DNA of 64,000 nt from positions 224,001 through 288,000 of the forward strand of contig CP045477.1 of NCBI GenBank assembly GCA_009392915.1. Direction: 5' to 3'. Below the pieces are notes generated by a model, which saw only the letters and a list, made by a program, of their open reading frames with translations, searched no databases and was not told where the DNA came from. Positions 51,101 through 56,497 of the stretch are shown here, in pieces; positions within the stretch are counted from its first letter, which is position 1, and each line of letters opens with the position of its first letter. A program made the translations under genes and the position numbers. This stretch comes from Candidatus Forterrea multitransposorum CG_2015-17_Forterrea_25_41. Its GTDB lineage: Archaea > Iainarchaeota > Iainarchaeia > Iainarchaeales > CSSED10-239.

Positions 51101-51577
51101 ATTGATTGGAATTTTAATAATACCATAAGATCAGATGTTAAAACAACAGTAACAGGAGATGTTACTAGATACGTATTTAACAATAATAATTTAGAAGGTT
51201 CTTTAAACCTTAATTCAATGTTATATCTTCCTGTAAAATTAAATATTGATTCTTTAAAACTTAAAACCACAGAGTTTGCAAATAATAAAAATACAACTTT
51301 ATTTACAAAGAATAATTTTACAGGTGTAAATCAAGCAGATTTAGTTTTCTCTGAAGATGATTATGTTCTTGGAAATGATTTAATAAACCTTAATACTATT
51401 AAAGGTTTATTTAATTTTATAAGTCAAGAAAAAGCATGTATTGAAAAATCTATTGATAACACAACTATTAAATGGATTGATGAAAAAGTTAATTTTACAG
51501 AACAAGAATTACTTGATATAAATAGTAATATTCCTTCTGATTATTCTTGTCTTGAAGGAGAGGTAATCATAGATTAA
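45134..51577 (+). CDS. Giant (2147 aa) signal-anchored surface protein, paralog, with an extended K/E/D-rich cytoplasmic N-terminal region and C-terminal module B
   Basis: A charged, low-complexity leader of about 150 aa (KKEDKNNQKENTKKQEDIKKEDSKKQKEDLKK) precedes the conserved IYFFFEDNYYKMVDGVSKVIPLNKLTDKIDKVFPSFILFLLILALLIYLIL TM anchor. Beta-sandwich repeats follow. The C-terminal region (CKTGESAVPKVFFNW, HYMPFNGNLGLDGTREGYGI, GLFNFISQEKACI) is homologous to 31938..34832. Confidence 0.8.
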   Translation: MSIFKKSRDKIEAEKLYALLSDKTTNYTLEDIKETIKKQGYSDKVSSIVVKMITDNKLPLKDSVNKTKTKEEVLKELSASVDKNFSKQNPKDSSKDSKKEDKNNQKENTKKQEDIKKEDSKKQKEDLKKTKETNLKNINKVPFFTKVKTFFKRIYFFFEDNYYKMVDGVSKVIPLNKLTDKIDKVFPSFILFLLILALLIYLILSGSLSFSKTWTVAVEVYDPSSVPLKDVSVTLMLKDENFSTLKTDIFGEVIFSDFKSRKQNINLIASKDNYDTVEHSFKLSKSNLRQKLYLPTDVNSKIDPSEEEVREISFVENNTVLITDSVLTTNFSCTNADVEPNPTRKVISSGKVTVTTYSGCGALRVSVTSDDFSSITNQVINSSNKVNLTRINLDRGNLGFSVKNISGSSIPGTEVKVYSSSNTTFPHDTTTTDLYGLGEFSLEPKSYFLTFSKEGYLTNPLKGPLTVIKNDSVNTDVVLFTLDDLLEFDCSDDKYSQFCIADEIDCFNPNLKPFLINNADGSCTIGRPGYISVTLKDVNSGEPVYADITLDSKLKESDQNFSLGEHIARDTNFYTFNVIDFYNYRVRVLNTEESGYLQPDPVTVNGIDQNITVNLEYSSSLNSGDISVNVKSADMPISNARVYLYKEFEDDFVLVNSDPLFTNQNGDVNFYSQRANRDYYAYALHNVLDKQGTSQTDDLDVNSILDLSIDLEDIPKILNLKVSPSISYDINFYNSSDNLVTEYVRTDLEDGNSLYYFTGSINKVYAVVSSSGYTTYQTDYITLIPDQEVYKTVNLSTLSSCEDSKLEILGLYDGSGVLEIDNIDFVENDLDKEYRLKFKYISCTEDEEYNQATLRLGRQGLIDDEYLFFVSDQFTSQDIDVTRGYKFSQEHIPDFNFDLFNLNYSQDRSYDYSGEGYKWIEIDFEKLNSDILEFSTNFKFREDSIVPFENYVLNYKSFASIYDELYSFDPVLNESWTEIPIYPNGYFYAETNKYLIPFENTDYIYSVKLKDWNQNLLEEYAGGYPVSINNFYKYDLSYLYLNQTERNGSVLQSSQYTNNNLDYLSYGYTSSLGNSSSGDTQNATNNMTSFLILPDYNTLPGSTDTTINQEIYYHINVDDYNYSLDDINAEIGYYLNTYTLLEPKGFFENTNFSDSSIISDVLDEYPLVNTSIYSYLSDENFIFNISTNFSGNRIIIGENNLGFKVLDNYGSPVSNVLIKYKVDGDELITLGSTNEQGMLSDQNIFINLSDIGKNINFVFLFSPEFGFLANTVVRNKEIYSGFSIVPEDINLSASYYILNDQVIIDQVSTNNYNLLKETNYSSTLEEIDFVGESSLFNLDSIKNKMIEDNNLVKDLLEGENEIITSLFLNNNISQSTNLLGYYRNEIDINNSLTQLLDINSNVEIINLGSINYDFNLEKHFMKGLLIENNNVSLELIKEINELITLDLNLLSDNSQATFDSISVELPEFLDLEEFNEGYSSLVGESLTSDGLIIPLNFKINNSYSGSLPTPKEDINLTFNVYLDDKLVSFNKIISIKVYSKDDIFLIESEGDLQIYCTVENCSQKKSFTFKKLVNNYILNLNKEIEINEMDLIEVSNLLSNINFIDLSEKNRALSFSALYNSVNEENKQGNFDLIFNINILNDSFNIEIPIDYLIIKYLEEETISEITFNSCIGVGGQESSSDLFILGYCQDTQDTCKTGESAVPKVFFNWAESDLSTDYDGKTWNNVCIGNSQDTMSSKYACDSLQMLISIFNKIDNGVEESFYIKLLNDGISDALLKDFINYNTLYLGYDKPSEEIFSEDAVDDGLFKITINNSPEIKIFQPGIYKVLVYGDDSGNAYMGREEDQMIDIRLEKVSDLPASEISVFHYMPFNGNLGLDGTREGYGIKNQDSDVAQLTQDVDINYIDVIDEIIQLSLTNNNLETSHLTQTLKSEGKILELNKYDSVVEMIYSPSYPVPIYSHVACIDKDDFSYNLYENNNALDNIIGGSFIDWNFNNTIRSDVKTTVTGDVTRYVFNNNNLEGSLNLNSMLYLPVKLNIDSLKLKTTEFANNKNTTLFTKNNFTGVNQADLVFSEDDYVLGNDLINLNTIKGLFNFISQEKACIEKSIDNTTIKWIDEKVNFTEQELLDINSNIPSDYSCLEGEVIID

Positions 51578-51579
51578 AT

Positions 51580-51951
51580 ATGAGTAATATTTTTTTAAAT
51601 TTTTTAAATGATTTTGATTTAATCTTACAGTTATTTTTAATTCTTACAATCATTGCATTTATCAGAAGAAGAGTAACTCACAATACATTAGCTCTTTTTT
51701 TAATAAGTGTAACAGTTATTGCTATGATCTTTTTATTCTGGCCTGTCTTTAAAATTGGATATATTTTCTATATTCTTTTGTCAGTTGGAGTTGCAGGAAT
51801 ATTTGTTGATTTCTTCTTTATTAGTGCTGGTGGTTCTGCAGAAGAGATGATGGGTAAAAAAATGGAGACTCATGGAACTCCTGGAGCAACTGAACATGCT
51901 GCAAGAAATCAATTAGTTAAAAAAATGGGTGGAAGACCTCCTGGAAGATGA
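51580..51951 (+). CDS. Small membrane protein (3 TM helices), possibly the N-terminal half of a split gene
   Basis: It starts 3 nt after the giant gene's stop. Hydrophobic helices are followed by the basic tail MGGRPPGR. Confidence 0.4.
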   Translation: MSNIFLNFLNDFDLILQLFLILTIIAFIRRRVTHNTLALFLISVTVIAMIFLFWPVFKIGYIFYILLSVGVAGIFVDFFFISAGGSAEEMMGKKMETHGTPGATEHAARNQLVKKMGGRPPGR

Positions 51952-52306
51952 ATTAAAAATGAATAGTAATAAAGGTTTTTTTGGTGGTATTCCTTTAATT
52001 GCAAAGATATTAGTAGTGTCTGTTATTGCAATTTTGATTGTTCCTGGGGCAATGGCAATTTTTCCTTGGGTTAAGTATGTTATAATGGGTTTAATTGTTT
52101 TTTTTATTTATGAAAACGCAGCACAGGCTTTTGGTGAAAAAAATATTCTTACCTTTATTGTGACTGGTATTTTAGCTTATTTTTTAGTTTATAAATATTT
52201 ATTTCTTACAAGTGCTATAATGATGGCATATTTATTTTTAGGCTTTGGTTTAGTTTCTGTTTTCTTTTGGGGAACTTCTACTCTTTCCAGAAAAGGCAAA
52301 AAATAA
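51929..52306 (+). CDS. Small membrane protein (3-4 TM helices)
   Basis: It overlaps the previous ORF by 23 nt in another frame and is hydrophobic throughout. Confidence 0.4.
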   Translation: MEDLLEDELKMNSNKGFFGGIPLIAKILVVSVIAILIVPGAMAIFPWVKYVIMGLIVFFIYENAAQAFGEKNILTFIVTGILAYFLVYKYLFLTSAIMMAYLFLGFGLVSVFFWGTSTLSRKGKK

Positions 52307-52314
52307 TTTTAATA

Positions 52315-52388
52315 GGATCTATGGTGTAGCCTGGATAGCACGTAGGCTTGCGGAGCCTAAAACTTGGGTTCAAATCCCAATAGATCCG
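52315..52388 (+). tRNA. tRNA-Arg(GCG)
   Basis: GGATCTA-TG-GTGT-AGCCTGGATA-GCAC-G-TAGGC-TTGCGGA-GCCTA-AAAC-TTGGG-TTCAAAT-CCCAA-TAGATCC-G folds as a cloverleaf with all stems complementary. The anticodon is GCG. Confidence 0.7.
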
Positions 52389-52492
52389 TCTTTATTCTTC
52401 TCTAAATGCCCATAAAATAAGGTTTTTAACACATCTATTTAAAAAGCTTTGGTATTATTAATTAATTAAAACATATAACTTTTATTACATAA

Positions 52493-52501
52493 AAGGGGGA
52501 A
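52493..52501 (+). promoter_or_regulatory. Strong Shine-Dalgarno-like RBS (AAGGGGGAA) upstream of the HU gene
   Basis: cataaaagggggaattaaaaATG. This is the same motif as at 1475..1483. Confidence 0.5.
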
Positions 52502-52507
52502 TTAAAA

Positions 52508-52777
52508 ATGAATAAAAGTACTTTAATAGAAGCTGTTGTTAAGAAAACAGATTTATCAAAAGCAAAAGCTGAAGAGTTTATTAATACAACTTTAGAAGCT
52601 ATGAAAGTAATTGTAAAAAAAGAAGGTAAATTACAATTAGTTGGTTTTGGTACATTCAAAGTTAAAAAAAGAGCTGCTAGAATGGGTAGAAATCCACAAA
52701 CAGGAAAATCTATGAAAATAGCTGCTAGTAAAACAGTTTCATTCAAAGTTGGTAAAGAATTTAAAGAGAGATTATAA
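52508..52777 (+). CDS. hup: HU-family (bacterial-type) histone-like DNA-binding protein
   Basis: MNKSTLIEAVVKKTDLSKAKAEEFINTTLEAMKVIVKKEGKLQLVGFGTFKVKKRAARMGRNPQTGKSMKIAASKTVSFKVGKEFKE contains the canonical HU/IHF arm (GFGTF..RAAR.GRNP.TG). Confidence 0.85.
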   Translation: MNKSTLIEAVVKKTDLSKAKAEEFINTTLEAMKVIVKKEGKLQLVGFGTFKVKKRAARMGRNPQTGKSMKIAASKTVSFKVGKEFKERL

Positions 52778-52780
52778 ATC

Positions 52781-52806
52781 TCTTTTTTTTTCTTTTTCTT
52801 TTTTTT
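52781..52806 (+). terminator. Oligo-T tract after the HU gene
   Basis: tctttttttttctttttcttttttttt. Confidence 0.4.
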
Positions 52807-52912
52807 ATAATTTTTTAAAAAATCTATTTTTTAATAATCCCACTACTTCTTTTAAAACCTTTGTATCATAATTATGTTATACAATTAATATAAAAAAGGA
52901 GCAAAGATATAT

Positions 52913-53168
52913 ATGTTATCAAAAATAGATGATAGACAAAGATTTACAATTTCAAAAAATCTTTTAAAAGAAAATAAATATTTCTTAGATTTCAATTTAG
53001 AAAACTCAACTGTACTTTTAAGTCCATTCTCTACTGCTCCCCATCATCACTAATTCTAAAATAATTGTTTCTTCTGACAAGAAAAACAGATTTCTAATAC
53101 CTACAAGTATAAGAAAGTCTTTTGGCGTCTATAGTTTTGTAGAGGTCACTTTAAAGGAAGATTCTAAA
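52913..53168 (+). pseudogene. Possible frameshifted tandem AbrB/MraZ-like (swapped-hairpin) regulator gene
   Basis: ORF 52913..53053 (MLSKIDDRQRFTISKNLLKENKYFLDFNLENSTVLL...) has one AbrB-like half. A second half (KNRFLIPTSIRKSFGVYSFVEVTLKEGF) is open in a different frame (53019..53168) with no Met start. Confidence 0.25.
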
Positions 53169-53199
53169 CTTTTATTGAAGTTTATTTAAACTTATAATG

Positions 53200-53271
53200 G
53201 TCATAATAGTGTAGTGGTTAGCATAGGAGTCTGTGGAGCTTCTGGCCCGGGTTCAAATCCCGGTTATGACC
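53200..53271 (+). tRNA. tRNA-His(GTG) with a genome-encoded G-1
   Basis: G(-1)-GTCATAA-TA-GTGT-AGTGGTTA-GCAT-A-GGAGT-CTGTGGA-GCTTC-TGGC-CCGGG-TTCAAAT-CCCGG-TTATGAC-C. The anticodon is GTG. The anticodon stem has two G.U pairs. The extra 5' G pairs with discriminator C73, which is the hallmark of tRNA-His. It lies directly upstream of hisS. Confidence 0.65.
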
Positions 53272-53453
53272 CTTTTTAACCTTCCTTTTAAGAAAAGAAA
53301 CGTTAACGAAAGAAAAGTAAACTTTCTTTTAGGTAAAGAAACGGTATAACAAAAGAAAAGTAAAAAGAGATGTTAAAATGAAAAAAAAAATAAAAACATT
53401 TACTTTTTATATGTTTTTGTAATTAAAATATAATATAGAAAAAAAGATTAAAT

Positions 53454-54770
53454 ATGAATGATAAAATAATACTTGAAACCGCAAAAGGTTTTAGAGACTT
53501 TTCTCCTGAAGAAAAGATATTAAGAGATAAAGTTATTTTTAAAATAAAAAACATTTTTGAAAATTATGGTTTTTCTCCTCTAGAGACCCCAACTGTTGAA
53601 AAATTAGAAATTTTAGAAGCAAAGTTTGGAGCTGGAGAAGCTTCAGATGCAGTTTCTGAAATCTATAGGTTTAAAGATCAAGGTGATAGAGACTTAGGTC
53701 TAAGATATGAGTTTACTTTTGCCTTAGCAAGATACATTGGAATGAATCCTCAAACAAGACTTCCTTTTAAAAGATACCAAATAGGTCCAGTTTTTAGAGA
53801 TGGTCCTATTAAAGCAGGAAGATATAGAGAGTTTTATCAATGTGATGTTGATATTATAGGTGTTAATTCTCAAGAAGCTGATGCTGAAATAATTTCTTTA
53901 CTTGATTATGTTTTTAAAGAACTTAATCTAGAGGTTAACATAGAAATTAACGATAGACGTCTTTTAGAAGAAATCTTAGATTTTCTAAAAGTTACAAAAG
54001 AAAAACAAACTTCAGTAATTATAACTATTGATAAGCTTAAGAAAACAGGTAAGGAAGGGGTTAAAAATGAGCTTTTATCTAAAGGTTTAGATGAAAATAC
54101 CTGTGATTCACTGTTAAATATACTTCTTATCTCTAAAACAAACCAAGAAGCTTTAGAAGACCTATCTAAAACAATAGGAGAAACAGAAGGTATTGTTTCT
54201 TTAAGAAATTTATTTAGTTTTTTAGAGTATTATAATGTTAATTATATTTTCCTACCTTCTCTTGCAAGAGGGCTTGGTTACTATACAGGTCCAATCTTTG
54301 AAGTTTTTTTAAAAGATGAAACTATAATGTCTTCTTCAATTGCTGGTGGAGGAAGATGGGATAAAATGATAGGAAAATACTTGCAAGATGAAAATAGAAA
54401 TTATCCTGCTGTGGGTGTTGCTTTTGGTCTTGAACCAATCATGGAAATTATAAAAAAAAGAGATGGTATGGATAAAAAAACAACTGCTGATCTTTTTATA
54501 ATACCAATTGGTGATAAAAATATAAAAAAAGCTATTAGAATAACTCAAGAGATTAGAAAACAAAAAGTTAATACTTCAATTGATCTTTTAAAAAGAAATA
54601 TTGGAAAAAATATAGATTATGCAGATAAACTTGGTATAACATATGTTGGTTTTTTAGGAGAAAATGAAATTTTAGAAAATAAAATAAAAATTAAAAATAT
54701 AAAAACTGGAGAAGAATCTTTAATTGATGTTAAAGATGTTAAAAAACATTTAGTTGTAGAAGGTAATTAG
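53454..54770 (+). CDS. hisS: Histidyl-tRNA synthetase
   Basis: It has class II aaRS motifs and HisRS signatures: KGFRDFSPEE, LRYEFTFALARY, AGRYREFYQCDVDIIG and a C-terminal anticodon-binding domain. Confidence 0.9.
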   Translation: MNDKIILETAKGFRDFSPEEKILRDKVIFKIKNIFENYGFSPLETPTVEKLEILEAKFGAGEASDAVSEIYRFKDQGDRDLGLRYEFTFALARYIGMNPQTRLPFKRYQIGPVFRDGPIKAGRYREFYQCDVDIIGVNSQEADAEIISLLDYVFKELNLEVNIEINDRRLLEEILDFLKVTKEKQTSVIITIDKLKKTGKEGVKNELLSKGLDENTCDSLLNILLISKTNQEALEDLSKTIGETEGIVSLRNLFSFLEYYNVNYIFLPSLARGLGYYTGPIFEVFLKDETIMSSSIAGGGRWDKMIGKYLQDENRNYPAVGVAFGLEPIMEIIKKRDGMDKKTTADLFIIPIGDKNIKKAIRITQEIRKQKVNTSIDLLKRNIGKNIDYADKLGITYVGFLGENEILENKIKIKNIKTGEESLIDVKDVKKHLVVEGN

Positions 54771-54772
54771 AT

Positions 54773-55399
54773 ATGGTTAAAGGCGCTATAAAACCAATTA
54801 AATTAGAAAATATAACTTACTCTACAGGCAAGGGTTTAAAAAAATATGTTCCTAAAAATATTAGAAGTACTTTAAAGATAGAATACTTAGAAAAAAATAC
54901 AACTATTAGTAGAGCTTTTAAAAATAAATTAGAAAAAAATGTATCTGAATTCTATACTAAAAAAGCAACTACTAAAGAAGAATATTTTTCAAAAAAACAT
55001 TCTCAAATCTTAAAAGAATTTAATAGTCTTAGTTTGAAAACTGACCTTCTATCTTTAAATGAAAAACTAAAAGATATTAATGTTTCTTTTAATTATTTAA
55101 TTTCAAGATTACAACAATCAAAATCAAAAGAAACTACTTATCAAAGAAGGGTTTTTACTGCCTTTTTTAAAAAAGAAAAAGAAACAGTAAAAAGTCTTGT
55201 AGATAATTTAAATCAAATAAATAAAATTGATCTTAAAATATTTAAGCTTAGCTCTGATCCTGCTTTTAAAGAAAATATATCTTCTTTAGGACATGAAAGA
55301 ACATTGTTAACTGAAAAAACATTAGAAAAGTATACTGAACTAAAAATGAATTTAGATCTTTTTACTTCAAGTAATATGCTTGAAGCATTTAGTCTTTAA
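54773..55399 (+). CDS. Hypothetical protein (K/E-rich, predicted helical)
   Basis: The ORF starts 3 nt after the hisS stop. I recognise no motifs. Confidence 0.35.
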   Translation: MVKGAIKPIKLENITYSTGKGLKKYVPKNIRSTLKIEYLEKNTTISRAFKNKLEKNVSEFYTKKATTKEEYFSKKHSQILKEFNSLSLKTDLLSLNEKLKDINVSFNYLISRLQQSKSKETTYQRRVFTAFFKKEKETVKSLVDNLNQINKIDLKIFKLSSDPAFKENISSLGHERTLLTEKTLEKYTELKMNLDLFTSSNMLEAFSL

Positions 55400-55436
55400 A
55401 ATAATTTAACAAAAGCAATACAAATAATGATCAAAA

Positions 55437-56375
55437 ATGGCAATAAACAATTTAATATTTAATGAAATTATAAAAAGAGGATATTCCCTTGAAGGAAACA
55501 CAAGAGTATGGGATTTATCAGATTCTAAACTTTGGTATATTACTCCTAAACAGTCTCAAGGTTTTTTAAATGTTGAAGAAGATGCAGAATATAAAAAATC
55601 TTTAACTGAAGTTGAAATTAGTTTAATTAAAAATAATCTTAACTTTATTCTCTCACAATTAAAAGCAAAATCATATAATATAGTTGATATTGGTTGTGGA
55701 AATGGTAAAAAAGCTTCTTTATTTATTGGACAACTTTCAAAACATCTCTCTATTAGATATTGCCCAATTGATATTAGTTCTTACATGGTAAATACAGCTT
55801 CTGAAACTATTAGAAGATTAAACATAGGTGATGTTTTAGAGTTTAGTTGGAATATTTCTGATTTTGAAAATCTAGATAATGTTACAGCTCTTTTTAGAAA
55901 TCAAAGTTATAAACATCATTTTATGTTATTTCTAGGAAACACTATGGGTAATTTTAGCCAAAATAACATCTTAGCAACTATTAAGAAAAGTATGAAGAAA
56001 GGAGATTATCTTTTAATTGGAAATGGTATTATTGATAAAGTTACTCCTGAACTTATTAAAAGTTATTATAATAAAGCAATGATTGATTTTTTAGTTCAAC
56101 CATTAAAGCTTATAGGCTTTAAAAAAAATGAACTAAATTATAGTTCTAGGTTTGTAAATTCAAGAATGGAAATGTATTTTACTGTTTTAAAAGATAAAAC
56201 AATTAAAAGTATGGATAAAGTTATTAATTTCAAGAAAGGAGATCAGATAACAGTTGGTATATCTTATAAATATAAAAAGACAGATTTTAAAAAGATTTTA
56301 GGTAAATTTTTTAGAAAAGTTAAAATTATAACAAATAAAGAAGAAACTTATGCTCTTGCTTTTTGTAATGTTTAG
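55437..56375 (+). CDS. SAM-dependent methyltransferase, EgtD-like (Methyltransf_33 family) (tentative)
   Basis: It has motif I IVDIGCGNGKKASLF. The motifs YCPIDISSYMV and FLGNTMGNFS resemble the EgtD-type histidine N-methyltransferase motifs (ELGSGS / Y.P.DIS / FLGSTIGNF). Confidence 0.45.
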   Translation: MAINNLIFNEIIKRGYSLEGNTRVWDLSDSKLWYITPKQSQGFLNVEEDAEYKKSLTEVEISLIKNNLNFILSQLKAKSYNIVDIGCGNGKKASLFIGQLSKHLSIRYCPIDISSYMVNTASETIRRLNIGDVLEFSWNISDFENLDNVTALFRNQSYKHHFMLFLGNTMGNFSQNNILATIKKSMKKGDYLLIGNGIIDKVTPELIKSYYNKAMIDFLVQPLKLIGFKKNELNYSSRFVNSRMEMYFTVLKDKTIKSMDKVINFKKGDQITVGISYKYKKTDFKKILGKFFRKVKIITNKEETYALAFCNV

Positions 56376-56497
56376 TTTTTTAATTAATTAAAAGAATTAT
56401 TCTGAAATAAACTAGTTTTAAAATAAAAAATAACTTTTAAAAACAATGCATACAATAATATATAAGTTATTTATAGATATATTTATGTGATTTTTGT

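Noticed and set aside
9363-52306. Interpretation of the array as an integrated provirus or mobile island
   Set aside because: There is no integrase, terminase, capsid, portal, transposase or flanking direct repeats of the tRNA-Arg 3' end that I could see. The proteins look like cellular surface proteins. The adjacency to tRNA-Arg is noted, but on its own it is not enough to call a mobile element.
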